Source of the DNA: a virus
Virus record (IMG/VR): IMGVR_UViG_3300032117_000015
Coordinates: 1-64,000 of that record
Reading direction: 5' to 3' (one strand)
Length of the DNA stretch: 64,000 nucleotides
Under the pieces are notes generated by a model, which was not told the origin of the DNA, did not search any database, and saw nothing but the letters and a program-made list of their open reading frames with translations. Positions 35,573-50,300 of the stretch are shown piece by piece. How positions within the stretch are numbered: the stretch's first letter is position 1; every line of letters starts with the position of its first letter. The position numbers and the translations under genes were made by a program.

Positions 35573-37081
35573 TTATAGAATTACACATTCAATAATATTG
35601 ATATCATTGTATTGTGCATCTAATTTGTCTTCTAAGGCAATAGCAAATGGGTTATTTCCAGGTGAAGTAGTAGTCATATTTGGTGTAGCATTAATTGAAA
35701 AACCTGATCCATTTGATCCTGGATAAATTAAATCACCCTTATTAACAGGACCTTCAATTTTTACTGGAACACGACCTCTTAGAGCAACATAAACGCCGCC
35801 TTTTAACTCACTGTTCATCATATATGCTGGGTTAGTACTAATAACTCCTAGTGCATATCCATCAGTTGTACATGCAGTAATTTCTTTTTCACCGCCAACC
35901 ATAACAACTGTACCAGGTGCATATTCTACATCTGGAAGATATTTTTCCGCTAAGTCAGCATAGTTAGCAGATGTTGCTGTTCCTTGGAATAAATTAGCAG
36001 ATAAATTGCCATTTCCGTCACGTCCAGCGATTGTGTTTGCAGAAGCTGTCATATTAGCTTGTGCATAACCGTATCCCGGTAAATTAACTAAATTTGCCTG
36101 TGTTGCTGTTCCTACAAAAGAACTAGCATATACATTTAACCATTGATAAGACGAACTACCTAGGCTCGAAACTCCACTTTGTCCTGGAATTAAATCAGTT
36201 CCAATCAATTCCAATGGAGTAACTGTGCTTCCGTTTAGTGCAGTAGTTTGAAATAAGAATCCACCAGTACTTGTAAGAGATACAGTTGGCTGACTTACGT
36301 TAATTACATTGCCCGAGGCAATTGATAAACTCAAATTATTGTTTGCACCGACAGTAAATCCTGAAGAAAAACTTGCTTGTGTAAATGCAGAACTACTTAA
36401 TGTAACATACGAGCTTGCAGGCAATCCATTTAGCATTAATGCGTTACTTGCAGTTCCTTCAAATCTGTATCCACCAGATGTAACACCATTAGTAGATGCC
36501 TGAGTATCTACTAAAGTAATACCTTGAACAATTTGATCAAATCCTGGAACTACGTTATTTGCCATTGTGAAGGAAGAATTGCTAATAATTGCAACTACAG
36601 TTCCGTTAGCAATAGCTTGAATAACTGGGTATGAATGTAAACCTGATGAATCAGTTAAACTAACTGATTGCATTTGTGTTGTACCTGCTCCTGTGACTTC
36701 TTGTGGTCCAACAAGTGTAAGTCCGCTACCGTTATAAACATAAAGCTGGTTACTTGCTGTATTAAAAAAGAAATCGCCTTGTGTTAGACCAGCTGGCTGG
36801 GCAGTACCAACTTCTGCTCCGTTGGCTTGACGGAAATAACTACCGTCCCAAAATTTTAATTTTTTATTACCACTATCATACCAAATTTGCCCAGCAAGTG
36901 GATTAGGTGGTTGGGTAGTATTTGCAAAATTTTCAAGCAACCAAACGAAATTGTCGTTTTGTGATTGGCCGTATCCTGCATAATTCTTACCAATTAGGGT
37001 AAGATCTGTGGAAGTATCAACCGTGCCGTCCGCAACTGTTGCAAGTAATGTTCCGTTATAATGGTTAATTGTATATGACAT
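35573..37081 (-). CDS. Tail fibre protein with C-terminal intramolecular-chaperone-like domain
   Basis: Shared N-terminal domain (LIGKNYAGYG...LLENFA...GQIWYD); C-terminal YADLAEKY...GVIST.PA..MN...GRVPVK. Confidence 0.75.
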   Translation of the reverse strand: MSYTINHYNGTLLATVADGTVDTSTDLTLIGKNYAGYGQSQNDNFVWLLENFANTTQPPNPLAGQIWYDSGNKKLKFWDGSYFRQANGAEVGTAQPAGLTQGDFFFNTASNQLYVYNGSGLTLVGPQEVTGAGTTQMQSVSLTDSSGLHSYPVIQAIANGTVVAIISNSSFTMANNVVPGFDQIVQGITLVDTQASTNGVTSGGYRFEGTASNALMLNGLPASSYVTLSSSAFTQASFSSGFTVGANNNLSLSIASGNVINVSQPTVSLTSTGGFLFQTTALNGSTVTPLELIGTDLIPGQSGVSSLGSSSYQWLNVYASSFVGTATQANLVNLPGYGYAQANMTASANTIAGRDGNGNLSANLFQGTATSANYADLAEKYLPDVEYAPGTVVMVGGEKEITACTTDGYALGVISTNPAYMMNSELKGGVYVALRGRVPVKIEGPVNKGDLIYPGSNGSGFSINATPNMTTTSPGNNPFAIALEDKLDAQYNDINIIECVIL

Positions 37082-37107
37082 GGTGTCGCTTGTTCCTTAT
37101 TTCAGTG

Positions 37108-37115
37108 TATTTATC
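37108..37115 (-). promoter_or_regulatory. Late promoter GATAAATA
   Basis: Intergenic, upstream of ATG 37081. Confidence 0.65.
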
Positions 37116-37127
37116 ATAGTTTTGCTG

Positions 37128-38462
37128 TTAGAAGGTTCCTAACGCTACTCGTTTCCAAGTAGCACTACCGCCAACGCCACCCGCAGTACACACATACATG
37201 TAACTAGAATCCCACGCTATTTGTCCTGTTACGCCTGCCGCTGTGCTAGATGCTGGTGTTGCTGTACTAATTCTAAATGTACCATTTACATCTAGGGTTG
37301 CTTGAGGTCTATTTCCCGAATTAAATCCGTTAATTCCAACGTTTCCAGTGTTTGAACTTACAAAAATTGAAGAACTGTTAGTACTAACAGGCAATGATAT
37401 TTCAAAATCTTGACTAGAAATATTTGATGCTATTTCTAGCAATGTGGAACTTACTGTAACTTGTGATTGAGCAGAAGTTCCTAATATTAAAGGTGTTGCA
37501 TTATTAATCGACAATGTCCCGCTAGTTGAGTTTTGGTAAGTGTCTGTAGATAAAAATTGTTCTGCAGATTTTAATGATCCATCTGCCGCTAGTAATTTAC
37601 TAGACTGTGATGTTGGAACATTAAAATTAATACCTGCAAAAGTACTGACATTAAATCCAATATTAATTGTTCCTTGAATCGATGTAATAGTAATCGGGCT
37701 AGCCGAACTACCAACAGTTTGGCTTGTACTTAGTGTATAGGTTCCAAGTTTTCCTTGTGCAACTCCTATTCCACCTGGGCCTGTACCAAATCCAGTAATA
37801 ATTGCTTTTGAAGATATACCTGCTCCAGATACTGATTGCCCTATACTAATAGTTCCAGATGTTACTGAAGTAACAGTCAATGTTGTTCCATTAGTGTATC
37901 CTGTAAAAACTGCTGTTGATGTAAATCCACTAATACTACTAGCAGGAACAAATGATTCTTTTGCAAAAATTCCCATTAATGTATTTGCAATGTATAGCAA
38001 GACAATAGTATGAGAAACTCCGCTAACATCTAGTATGTCTTGTACAACAAACCCAGACGGTGCTTGAGATTTAGTATAGATGGGACCAGCTAATGTTGTT
38101 TGTGTGCCATCGTTAAAAAATAACTGACTAGTAGCATTATTAATCCAGAACCCGCCAGTTGTTAATCCGCTCGGTGCAGTAGAAGCTACCAGTGTGTTTC
38201 CAGTAGGTGTAAATGTTGTGCCATTGTACACTTGCAAAAGATTTTGACTAGTATCATACCATAATTGGCCTTTAATTGGATTATTTGGCTGTGTTGTATT
38301 TGCAAAATTTTCTAACAAATGCACAAAATTATCGTTGACATACAATCCGTAACCAGATGCATTTTGTCCAATTAAGGTCAAATCTGTTGCAGTTTGGTCT
38401 ATTGTACCATTAGGAACTGCAACTAGTTTAGTTCCGTTTGTTAATAAGATTGAATAGCTCAT
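37128..38462 (-). CDS. Tail fibre-like structural protein
   Basis: Same N-terminal domain as its neighbours; C-terminal [13 protein letters not shown]...WKRVAL. Confidence 0.72.
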   Translation of the reverse strand: MSYSILLTNGTKLVAVPNGTIDQTATDLTLIGQNASGYGLYVNDNFVHLLENFANTTQPNNPIKGQLWYDTSQNLLQVYNGTTFTPTGNTLVASTAPSGLTTGGFWINNATSQLFFNDGTQTTLAGPIYTKSQAPSGFVVQDILDVSGVSHTIVLLYIANTLMGIFAKESFVPASSISGFTSTAVFTGYTNGTTLTVTSVTSGTISIGQSVSGAGISSKAIITGFGTGPGGIGVAQGKLGTYTLSTSQTVGSSASPITITSIQGTINIGFNVSTFAGINFNVPTSQSSKLLAADGSLKSAEQFLSTDTYQNSTSGTLSINNATPLILGTSAQSQVTVSSTLLEIASNISSQDFEISLPVSTNSSSIFVSSNTGNVGINGFNSGNRPQATLDVNGTFRISTATPASSTAAGVTGQIAWDSSYMYVCTAGGVGGSATWKRVALGTF

Positions 38463-40708
38463 GATAAATTAGCACCAGTAAAGATAATGTAGTTTAGAGT
38501 CAAGTAAGGATTCATAATGTTAATTGCTGATCCTAATGTTGAAGTATTGACTCCGCCAACTGATATACCTGTAACTTCTGTACTGGTATAATAGCGTGAT
38601 TGGTCGCTATCTGTTGCACTAGAACCAGCGGAGCCATATGTATTTGGAACAACATCAAACGGTACTCCACCTTCTGCATACGGATCAATGTGATGGTGGC
38701 CTGGGTCGGTAAGTTTGTGTGTATGATCTGGCAGATTAGATGTTTGCAATGTTGCTGTTTGGTATCCTGCACCTCCGCCGACTGTATCGGCAGTAGTATC
38801 GCTAACACGCTGAGCCGCACCAATTTGTCCGCCAGTGTTGATAGAATGTCCAGACCCGTCTGTTGCTTGAGTAAACCCAGTCACATCTGTAAGGTTATTC
38901 ATATTATCTCGACCTAACGGGAATCTTCCGCGCATGTCTGGTAATACAAAAGTTCCTACACCTTGTGGTATACCATATGTATTACCAATAACTTTAAATA
39001 AACTTTGATAAGTCGACTGACTAACTTCTGATCCGTCACATAATAACCAACCATTAGGTATAGCTCGAATATTTGGAATTCCTGCAAAAGGTAAAATTAC
39101 GCCAATTGGAACTCCGTATCCACTAGTTTTTAATGTTGAATCTATTTGTAGCAATACTGCTTTAGACATACTAACTAAAGAACCGCTAGAACCACTTCCG
39201 CTCGATTGATATACAAGGAATTGATCGGATGTATTAGATACTAAAGAAGTTGTTTGTGAGTTAATAACTGTTGGGCTTAATTGTGTATTCAACACAGCAT
39301 AGCCTGTTGCACTTTGTCCGTTGAATCCAGTTCCGCCGTCTGAAGACACAACATCGCCTGCTAGCTTAAATGTAATTAATTGATTAAGACTGTTTGCTGT
39401 TCCAGATACACTACCAGTAACTGTTCCTGTAAAGTTACCAGTAAAACTTCCTACAAAAGACTGTGCAAAAATATTTCTGAAAGGATGTGTTTGAGATCCG
39501 ATATCGTATTGTGGAGTTGCGTTAGTTAATGCTGGAGGTAAAATAATAGAACCAGTTGGAGCAGATGAACTAATTTGAAGGACTCCGCCTAAGTTTAAAT
39601 TATTATTAATTGTTGTTGCTAGTGAAGTAGTTACTCCGCTAGAGTTATTAACAGAAAATACAGTAGTTTGTGGAGAACCACCATCTGTTACTGCTAATCC
39701 GCCAGCTGTTCCAACTACTCCTGACGTAATTGAACCCGATACTGTTGTAGGTGCACCTACTGAAACTTTTCCAGATACATCTAAATGAAGTAAATTAGAA
39801 CCGTTTAATAAGAAATCTATATTATTTGTGCTACTTTTGCTATTGAATAAAAATGTATTTGTACCTTGACCGATTGTCAAACTTAAATCACTACCGATAC
39901 TAATACCACTTGTATTTCTAACATTAAATCCGTTATTGGTTGTACTGACTACGTCTGAACGTAGAAAGTTACTACCTGAAACTACTGTTTGAGTCGATCC
40001 AGATCCAACGACTAAAGAATTAGATTGCTGTGCAGTACCCCAAATATATGTAGTACCTTGATCGATTGAATTTGAATATAAATTTATACCAGCATTGATT
40101 GTTGAAAATCCGTTAATTGCAGATTTTGGTGTAAATGAATCAATGCTTATAATTGCTACTCTGTATGCGGCGCTGTTTGAACTGCTAGATGCATACATTG
40201 AAATTACGCTATGTGTTACGTTAGCAGTATCAACAATAGATTCCACTAAAGGACCAGTTGAAAGACCCGAACTAAACTGAGGTCCAATCAATAACCATGT
40301 TGTTCCTGAGAACAAATACAACTGACTATTATCAGTATCTACCCATAAATCGCCCGGATTACTATTAGATACATCAGGAACACCACCTGTTGTAGTTAAG
40401 GTCGATTTTCCTTCACGCTTAATTGATCCTGCTTCAGGCCAATTACCCGATCCATCATAAACTCTTAGGATATTATTTCCAGATGATGTATCATACCATA
40501 GTTGACCTTGCACTGGATTATTTGGAGCTGAAGAATTTGCAAAATTTTCTAACAAATGCAACATGTTTCCTGCAATCAGTGAAGCATATCCTGCATAAGT
40601 TTGCCCAGGAAATGATAAACTAGTTTGTTGATTAACTGTACCATCAGCAACCGTAATGGCCGGTTTTGCAGGATTAGTCGAATCTGTGTATGCAACAGAA
40701 TAAGTCAT
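38459..40708 (-). CDS. Tail fibre protein with phage tail-collar domain
   Basis: [10 protein letters not shown]...PNGWLLCDG...LFKVIG..YG...[13 protein letters not shown]; terminal [10 protein letters not shown]. Confidence 0.85.
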   Translation of the reverse strand: MTYSVAYTDSTNPAKPAITVADGTVNQQTSLSFPGQTYAGYASLIAGNMLHLLENFANSSAPNNPVQGQLWYDTSSGNNILRVYDGSGNWPEAGSIKREGKSTLTTTGGVPDVSNSNPGDLWVDTDNSQLYLFSGTTWLLIGPQFSSGLSTGPLVESIVDTANVTHSVISMYASSSSNSAAYRVAIISIDSFTPKSAINGFSTINAGINLYSNSIDQGTTYIWGTAQQSNSLVVGSGSTQTVVSGSNFLRSDVVSTTNNGFNVRNTSGISIGSDLSLTIGQGTNTFLFNSKSSTNNIDFLLNGSNLLHLDVSGKVSVGAPTTVSGSITSGVVGTAGGLAVTDGGSPQTTVFSVNNSSGVTTSLATTINNNLNLGGVLQISSSAPTGSIILPPALTNATPQYDIGSQTHPFRNIFAQSFVGSFTGNFTGTVTGSVSGTANSLNQLITFKLAGDVVSSDGGTGFNGQSATGYAVLNTQLSPTVINSQTTSLVSNTSDQFLVYQSSGSGSSGSLVSMSKAVLLQIDSTLKTSGYGVPIGVILPFAGIPNIRAIPNGWLLCDGSEVSQSTYQSLFKVIGNTYGIPQGVGTFVLPDMRGRFPLGRDNMNNLTDVTGFTQATDGSGHSINTGGQIGAAQRVSDTTADTVGGGAGYQTATLQTSNLPDHTHKLTDPGHHHIDPYAEGGVPFDVVPNTYGSAGSSATDSDQSRYYTSTEVTGISVGGVNTSTLGSAINIMNPYLTLNYIIFTGANLS

Positions 40709-40711
40709 TTA

Positions 40712-41323
40712 TTAAACTCCTACCAAGCCAGTTAAACTTTGAATACGAACTGTATAATCAATTTGTATAAGTCTGTTTAAACTTTTTAATACTGGGTGAA
40801 AAATTACATGTGTTAGTAGTAAACTTTCACCACTTTTACTGTAACTTTGTAATCCTAATTCATCAAATACATAAGTTTGTTCGCTGTTAACTGATGTATC
40901 GTAAGCAGTTTGTCCGCTAGGCTCGCCGTAGTCTAACAAGCAGGTGCAGAAAATATCGGTATAATTTGTACCAGTTACGTGCCTAATTTCAGTAAAATTA
41001 CGTGTTGGGTCAATATTAGTTGATGCATTCGGGTCAATAACTTTAGCGTATGTTTGATTATACAAACTTGCATTTGTACCGCTAGTATTTGGCGTAAGAT
41101 ATGTAATAATCCCTGTAGGATCTACACTTGTTCCACCGTTACCAAAAGCCATATTGTAAATAAATCCGCCATCTGTGCTGTTTGACAATGATTTAGCTAA
41201 GGCTACACTGATATTTTCGTAATGAATTGCATTACGTTTGTTAATAAAAGTTTCCTTAGAAACAGGGTCATATATATGAATATGACCTTCGATATGAATT
41301 CCAGTTACGTCTTTAGTTTGCAT
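40712..41323 (-). CDS. Baseplate/tail-fibre-associated structural protein
   Basis: MAFGNGG, FDELGL, IQIDYTVRI pattern; position in the tail cluster. Confidence 0.6.
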   Translation of the reverse strand: MQTKDVTGIHIEGHIHIYDPVSKETFINKRNAIHYENISVALAKSLSNSTDGGFIYNMAFGNGGTSVDPTGIITYLTPNTSGTNASLYNQTYAKVIDPNASTNIDPTRNFTEIRHVTGTNYTDIFCTCLLDYGEPSGQTAYDTSVNSEQTYVFDELGLQSYSKSGESLLLTHVIFHPVLKSLNRLIQIDYTVRIQSLTGLVGV

Positions 41324-41343
41324 ACTAATCTCTCTTTATCTTA

Positions 41344-41351
41344 TATTTATC
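41344..41351 (-). promoter_or_regulatory. Late promoter GATAAATA
   Basis: Intergenic, upstream of ATG 41323. Confidence 0.65.
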
Positions 41352-41371
41352 AACAGCTTTAAACTGCTAGT

Positions 41372-44300
41372 TTAACTTTTAAATCCTGTGTACCATACAC
41401 CCGGAGCGGCTTTAATGAAGTTAGCAACTGTGCTTGAATCGTAAATTACACTAACATCTCCGGTATACTGCTTACCGTCCCATGGGATTCCAGTCTTTTT
41501 AACTACTGTTACTTCGGTTCCAAATAATGGAGCATTGGCTAAAGTAATTGTACTTGTATTGTTTACAGTGAAATCTGCTGGGTAACTTACATCACCTGCT
41601 GGGCTGTATGGAGCTTTGTTAATATCAAATACGCTATAAGCTGATTTTTTCAAACGAACCATATCGTTTTGACCGCCAACAAACACTTCAACTTGGTCCG
41701 CAGAGCTAATTGTGTATCCGACATTTACAGAAGTTGTACCTAGTGAAGTAATTTTCTTAGTTAAGATTGTATCATTGTATGGAATAGTTTCACTTGGTCC
41801 AATTCCTTGTACAATCGTACCAGCTTTGTTTAAATTGTATACGCCGGTACCTAGCGTTCCTCTACGTAATTGTCCAAGAATATTCCCTGAAATAGTAAAA
41901 TATTCAATTCTTTCTCCGCGAATTTCAACAATACCCGGTTTATTTCCTGCAGGGTTTGGCGCATCTAACTGTGAAGCGTCGGTGACAACGATTGTAGTGT
42001 CATTCCAATTCAAATCTTGTGCAAGTTTTACTTGTTTATTAAGATTCAATCGTTTGTAACTTACACGATTTAGCATATCTTTAAATTGCATATAAGATAT
42101 ACTAGATGTTGAAAGTAAATTACTTCCAAATGTGATTAATGTGATTGTATCACCAGCCACTAACTTAATTCCTAATGTGATACTTTGTAAATCACTATTT
42201 AGAACATAATCGATGCTAGACGTTAATAATGTTGTATTTTTAATTACCCATACATAGTTGCTGTCAATAACTGCACGATCTAAATTAATAATACCACCAG
42301 CAATATTTTTATAAGTGTAGAACTGTGTTGTTCCTGGTGTAATTGAATAATTAGAACTGTATTGAACTGTAGTACGTTGAATGTCTAATACATCTTGCAC
42401 ATATGAACTAATTACTTCAACTGTACCTGTTGGAACTGTTGTAAATGTAATTTGTCCAGAACTTGCATTGTATGAATATCCATTATTGGTAACAATACTT
42501 ACAATTAATTGCTGTCCTGAATATTGTGAATAAATGTTTCTGTTAATTTTAACATTGATGCCGCTTGGATCAACAGTATAATCCGATGCTGGATTTAAAA
42601 GATTATTGCCAGCATAAACTACAACATTTCCAACAGGAACTGAATTAGGAGTAGCTTTAGACGGATCTATTGAATAATTTAATCTATTACCTTTAATAGT
42701 AAAATAACTATTATTAGGAGCTTGTAAAATACTTTGTCCAACACGTACAATCATATTACTTTCATTTGGTAAATTATTTCCAATTGGATATGATAGTGTG
42801 TAAGTCGAAGTGTTTGCAATTGGTGCAATCGTTTGTGTCGTAGTAACTGCAAATGTTTGTTGCAATCCAGAAACAATAATATAATTAATCAATGCTCCAA
42901 CTGCAGGTGCTGTTGCAAACTGAATACCAGTTTGACCTTCAATACTATATGTTGAGTCTGTTTTAAATAAAACTACTTGTGTTGCAACACCATTTACATA
43001 AACTAAACTTGTTGCGCTGTTTGTCCAACTTGCTCTTGTTACAAAATCAACAGTTGTACCGTCGCCTATAAAATAGTCAATGTCTAAAACATTAGATCCA
43101 CTAAAACCAATACTATAGATGCTTAATAATTGGTTGGCAGTTGGCGCTGTTGCAACTAGCTGATTATTAACTGTTGATACTAATTCAATTGTTGCAGTTT
43201 GGTAATTAACAACATAATCTGAATTATATGTTAAAATGTTTGAACCAAGTTTGACTATTATTGCACGTGGATTATTTGGAGTTTGGCCAATTGCATAAGT
43301 GTAAGTAGTATCATCAGTTAGATAACTAATATCTTTAATATTTGCAGATCCACTGTTAGTTTGGTCGTATACCTTAATAGCTAGTGTATCGACGACTTGT
43401 CCTGGTACTACTTCTTCAGGAGCAGGACTGTTTGTAGGAGTAATTAATCCATCTCCATCTAATACAATATCATCAGCCGCAATACCTGTTGCAGTTGTAT
43501 ATGCTAGGTTACCACCATCGAGTTTAGTATCATAATTTGCATCCGGTGTTGGTACTGAACCATCACTTGTGCTTTCTCTTAAAATAAATTGATCGCCTGC
43601 ACCAACTACAAAAGATGCTGGAATTTCAATAGTGTTGCTAACTAATTGGTCAATAATCATGCCATCTAAGGTACTTACTGGTGTACTAGAAGCCGATCCA
43701 CCGTCATCAACTGCACCAAATGAAACTGTTATCAATGCTCCGCCGCCACCTACTGATGTAGTAGTTAAGGTATTTCCAATTACAGGAGTTGGAATAATTG
43801 CGTTAGCATTAGTTTGACTCATTGTTCCAAAGTTAGGATCATCTAAACGAATTGGATTATATGTTCCTGTAACATTAATTAATGATCCAGATGCATAAGG
43901 TGTGCTTAGAGAAATAGATCCTGGCACTATAACTACATCTTTCAATTCGGTTAGATTTTCTGTAAATGTAATTTGTGTTGAATTTACAATGTTTAATAGC
44001 AGTACTTGATCCAATGTAACTGTGTTATGTGTTGTATCGATTGCTGTAATCTTAGTATCGTAACTAAAAGCCGATGCTGTCGCCGCAGTACCTGTACCTG
44101 TTCCTGGACCAGTAGCAATAAATGTTATCCCGGCTTCGTTTGATAATGCACCAATCAGCGTGAAATCAGTTGTGCCAATACTACTAATAGTATAAGTAAC
44201 TCCTGTTGTAAATGCGCCAGCTGGTACTAAAGAATTAGAAACAACTGTTCCGACTTTTAAATTTGAAACACTATTCAATGTTAAAATATATCCGCCTGCA

Positions 44301-47300
44301 ATATTTGAAAATGTAATTGTTTTGCCGTTTGCAGGTATTGAAGTGAATGTAATTGTTTCGCCGTTTGCAGGAGTAGCATCGGGTATTGCACTAATAATTA
44401 AAGTAGTTTTGTCGACTACCTTAACAACGGTTTGCCCAGAAGTAAATCCTGTTCCGCTAATTAACATTCCAGGTATAATCTTAGCAGTACTAGAAATTAC
44501 AAGTGTTGTTGTTGCACTACCTGAAGAATTATAAGAACGATAATACGATAAATTATCTGGAATTGAATCAATAATTATCGATGTTGAATTAACGATTCGA
44601 ACAACTTGCTGACGGTTTAAGAAGCCTTGTCCGTATAATTTCATTCCAGGAACAATACCTAATGTGCTACCTACATTAACTGTAAATCCGGAACTATTTA
44701 AAGATGTATATGTAGTTGTTACTCCTGCTGTAAGTGCAGTTGTTGTAACTGTAACTGTTGGCGAAATTAAGTTTTGATCAAAACTGTATGTAACTGTTGA
44801 GCCGTCACTAGTGAAAGAGAACGTTTTTTGTTTTACATAATAAATGTTAATATTTGTACCGGCCGCAGGAGTATAAGGCAATGTAAACACATGGGTGTTT
44901 GCCGCAACTTGGACAGCATAATCGTTAAACGTTGGATCTCTACTATCCCAAGTATCTGTCATATATGGAGTTGATCCCCAGCCGCCAGCAATATTAAAAT
45001 CTAGTCCGCTAACAATAGTTCCACCGTAGTCAACACCTGTCATTAACTGTGACAAATCCTTACCAAGTTGACCTGTTGTTGGATTATAATAATATTGAAT
45101 ACGATCTGTTGCACCCATAATCGATACATCTTTACTGTATGTAACAACTATAGTAGAACCAGTTGATGGCGCATCTGTGAATGTTATTGTTCCAGAATAC
45201 TGGGTGTATCCATTTGATGTTGATTTTACAATCGCCATCTTATATAATTCTCGAAGTACTGGAATTCCGTCAATAGTAACCGTTGATTCACCTACTCTTA
45301 CATCAGGCGCCCAAGTTAGGGCAAACTGCACTTTAGAAGAAGAACCAGTAAATGTATCTGTTTGTTTAATATTACTAATGTAGTATCCAGAATTAATACG
45401 GTCGAATTTTAATGCTGTTAAGTTTGAACGAATTATTCCGTCACCAATAATCGCAACGGCTGTTGCCGGAACTCCGTTATCACCAAGCCCGCCATTAAAT
45501 GCAATCGTCGGAGCACTTAAATATCCGCTTCCATTTTTATTTGTTAAAATCACAACACGATTTACTTTTCCATTAGCAATATATGCCACAGCTTCGGCTG
45601 TAATTCCGTTAATACCGGTCGGAGTCGAAATAATAACTTCTGGAATATTTGCATATCCGCTTCCGCCATTAGTGATAATAATATCTGTTACACTAAATCC
45701 TAGATTATCTGTCCAGAATTTCCATGGATAAGTTTGTAATAATCCGCTAGTCGATTCTAGTTGATTGTTAGCAACTATTACATCGATTGCAGTTGAGGTT
45801 CCATTAACAAACGTTGGTTGTAAATCAAAGTCGGTAACCGCACTTTCATTAGTATCTAGTCCGGTATAGTTACTGATATATTCTCTAACTTTTGTTCTAT
45901 AAGGTTTAACTTCTGCAACATAATCTTGGAAATTGTTTAAATTATCAACTGGGTAATTAACTGGTTGATTTAAAGTTCCTACAGTATGAGTAGCTCTTAC
46001 AAAACTTGTTTTGAATATCCAATCAATAAATGGTTGCTCGCTGTGTGCAAAACGTACACTAGTAAAGAACAAATCTAAATAATTTTGTTTTAAATCATCT
46101 ATCAATAAATTATTTTTAATTGTATTAAGAATAATTCGTAATTCTGCACTAGCTTGTACATCAAAGTCTCCGCCGTCAAATGTGTTAGAATCATACCCTA
46201 CATTTGTTCCACTAAATTCATAAAGTGAAGAATTAAACTGTATTGTTCCGTTTTGAATTCCAATTACATTATAACTTTGTGTCCAATCGATACTTGTACT
46301 ATTAGCATATTTTTCTAATAGTAACCAGCCTCCTGCATTAACTGTTGCAATCTTAACAACTTGTCCAATAGTAGGGTATATTGTATTCAAATCTGCAAAA
46401 GTCGATACTAGATAATCTGCGGCGGTATATTGATTATATCCTGTTGCAAACCAATCAGCATAACTCCAATAGTTATTAACATTATATGATTGAGTTAGTG
46501 TCTTAGACCATGTAGCAGTAGTATTATCGTAAGCATAGATACTCCAAGCACCAAGCGATGTGCTATCGGACTTAATCAATGCAGAGTAACCTCTCACAGT
46601 TGCAGTTGTACTGCTATTATATCCGACACCACTGTTAATAATATTTGCTCCAGTGATTTCTCCTAGAGCATTAATAGTTGCTCGAACTATGGCGGCTTCG
46701 CCCGAACCCGATATTTCAATATAAGGTGCAACAGCATACCCTCTTCCTGCGCTAATAACATTTATTCCAGTAATTCTACCGTTTGTTATAATCGGTGTTA
46801 ATGAAGGTGTGCTGAAAGATCCTACGTTAGCAAATCTTAATTCAGTATCTGTATCAAAAGATTTATCCCATAATCCAGAAATTTCTGTTGGAGCAGGATC
46901 AAATGTTTCTAATGGAGAAATGTCTCTCGAATTAGTAGTTTGATACGTACTTAAAACAATGTTAACTCTTTCGATAAACTCTTTTAATGCTTCGATACGA
47001 TTTACAAACATCGACTGGCGAGGACGATTTTCAATTCCATATCTTAATTTTACAGGCAATGTTGGATCTGGTACTGGGCGACCTCCTGTATCAATTCCGC
47101 ATAGACTATCGAACCATTTTTGTTCTATACCAGAAGGTAAATCAACTGCCGGATCATTACTAATTAGCTTCCACTGACTGTGAATATTTTGGTCGTTTTT
47201 ATCTATTAACCAGTATTCAATTGCTAACACAATATCTGTTGCATTTAGATATTGTGATGCATTTATTAAACTAAAACTGTTGGTGCCAGTTAATGCAAGG

Positions 47301-50300
47301 CAAGTATAATCTTGACCTCGAGGATTTGCAATTAAACTTGCAACATCATTTGCGGCCATATTTCTTCCATCGACATTAGGAATAATTTTTTTATTCTTAA
47401 CCCAGAAATAATATGTATTTTTAAATGTTTTACTTACGTTGTCATATACTTGTGTTAAACTGTATGCAGAATTTCCGTATAAACTAGTTCCGCTAATACC
47501 CAATGCTAGTCCTGTTGATGTATCTGCAAGACTATCCCATACTGCTGGTAATTGGCTGTAAGATACCCATTCATACACATCGATACTTGCACCAGACGCT
47601 AACGTATTCCAAGTGTTTGTTCCGTAAAGAGGATCGTCAAAATAATTATTAAGGAATTTAGCAGTTCTTAGATCCCACCACAATCTTCCTAAAGGTTGAT
47701 CAGACCACCATCCTTCTATTCCATTTGACGGCGCAACGTTGACAGTTACAGTTCCATCGCTATAAGAATAAGTTGCCGGATCGTAGAATGTTTGATACTT
47801 AATTTCTTCCTGAGCGGGTCCTGCTATTTTTCCTTGCAATGGATCGATAACGTCTAGATAAGTTACCAATGTTCCTAAAGATTTATTATATAAAAATGCT
47901 TTACGAATCTTCGAAACATCAGGAATATCGACTTGCTGACGAGTAATAGTCCATGTAAGGTTATTGTTTAATTTAGTATAAGCATAAACTTGTCCAGATT
48001 GTGTTCCTTGATTAAATGCAGTTGGTGCTCCAACTACAACCTGATTACTACCAACTGCAAAACCGATGCCATAACCGTCACCGACTGAATTTGAAGTTTT
48101 TAAACTTTCGCTAAAGACCCAATTAATATTGTATCTATCATAAACATCTACTCGTCCGCTACTGACTATTTTAGTAATAAAATCTGTAGATTTTTTATCA
48201 AATGTTGTTAAATTTTCATCAAATGTTGTAGTTACAGTTGTGTCTCCATTAGGACTATAAACAACAATAGTTTGATAATCATTCATAAACTCTATCTTGT
48301 TTCCAAATAGAGCATCAACTTCTGGATTAGCATTAACTAAAGTCTGTGTCAATGTATAACCGTTAGAACTATAACCGTAAACATTAACAATTCCTTGTTT
48401 TGGTTTAGTTGGTGTTCCTTGTGTATCATCAGATATTGCAATATAATCACCATATGAAGATACTGCAATACTATTGCCAAATCTTGAATCAGAACCTGTT
48501 AACACTTGAGAGGTTACAAATCCAGCTCCAGCATCTTTGTAGACATTAACTTTTCCAGAAGATGAAATTAATAAAGTACTAGAATCTAAACTTAGTTTAG
48601 TATATTGACCAAAGTTTGTAGTGTTAGATGAATCAATTGTTGAATCATATGCCCAAGTGTTGATAATAAATTGTAATTGTCCGCTTGGTAAACTATTTTT
48701 ATCAACGGGAGAATCTAACAAGATTGTATTTAATTTAATAACTGACGATACACCAAAAGTTAAATTAACATTATTATCGATTACAACTTGCGTTATAGAT
48801 GCATCAATGTCTTGCGGAGATCCGATAATAAAATAGCTCAATACTGTTTGCATTCCATTTACTAGAACAATTTCAGTTCCTTGACTTACTATTTTTGTAT
48901 TTGGAAGAATATTTGTTCCAGTAACTGTCATACTATCTAACACATTAACTGTGCTGAATACCACATTCACTAAACTATTTGCATTGACTAAAATTAATTT
49001 AGTTAGCACATAATCGACCGTTTGATTGCTAGTGTATCCGCTACCAGTTACAATCATTCCAGCACGTATTCCGCTAGTTGAATTTACTACTAGTGTGTTC
49101 AAAGAACTTCCAACAGGATTGTATTGAGTAGTAGCCATTACTATAGTTTTGTAACTTAGTTTATAAACACGGCCTGTACCGTTATTATAACCTGTTGCAC
49201 CTACATATAATGTATTGTTACCAAAGGTAATACTTGATCCAAAATTTTCACCTGTAGTGGGATTTGGACTAATAATTGTATCTACAAGATTATAATTATT
49301 ATCTAAATCTTTCTGATAGATACTAATTGCACCTTGCCCTACTATTGTTGAATTTATTCCAGAAATTTCGTTTGCTGGAATATAAGGAATTATTTGCCAT
49401 GCTAGTGTAGTAGATGATGGTGTTGTTCCCGATGTAGTTTGCAATGCTTCGTAGTATACATTGTTGTATGAAACAATATTTCCAGAAACATAAGTATTTC
49501 CGCTGTTATAAGCACCTACATAATTTGTTGCTACTCTACTCACAGCTGGGTGCCCAGTAGCTAACCATTCTCCGTTTGTACTTATTCCAATTACAGTAGC
49601 AATTTGTGTAGGTTTTACATATAACGATGGTTGTCCTGGGATATGCTGTGTAATAAATGGTTGATCTAAGGTAGAACGTTGTACCCAAGGAACTAAAATT
49701 CCAGCCTTATCAAATGTAGTTACAACTCCTGTAGACCCGCTAGTAATTGCTAAGATAGATCCTTGGCTATTCATTCCAATAGTCGAACCAAATTGGAAAG
49801 ATGTTGTTGGAGTTTGATTTGGTATACTTGATAAGTTGTATACAGGAGAATATTCCCATGTTGCCCAGTTACCAGTACCGTCATCATCTGTCCATACTAA
49901 TTCTCCTGGAGCAATATGGCTAACCGGAATTTGATCTAAATTATCTATAGAGCTTGTTCGACGTGTGACTAGCGCATATATCACTAGTTGGTTAGCTTCT
50001 GTAAAAGATACTGGGAAATTTTGAATACTTGCATTAACTGTAAAAGTATTCAAAGAAACACTAGTAACTTCATAGAATCCTTGAAGCATAGCAACTTCAG
50101 CCAATCCAATGTATTGTCCTACAACAAGTGGGTCAATATTTTGTGTTGTGATTGTTAATACCCCGTTAGTGTACGTTACACTAGATGCACGTATTTGCAA
50201 ATCAGAAAAACGATAGATATTCCAACTTGCTCCTTCAAACGCTGTCCATACATATTGACCGTTATTTAAACTACCAATGTCTTGTGTAACAATATCAGAA

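Noticed and set aside
33496-40708. Diversity-generating retroelement or invertible tail-fibre cassette
   Set aside because: No reverse transcriptase, recombinase or adenine-variable TR/VR pair was seen, and all fibre genes are co-oriented.
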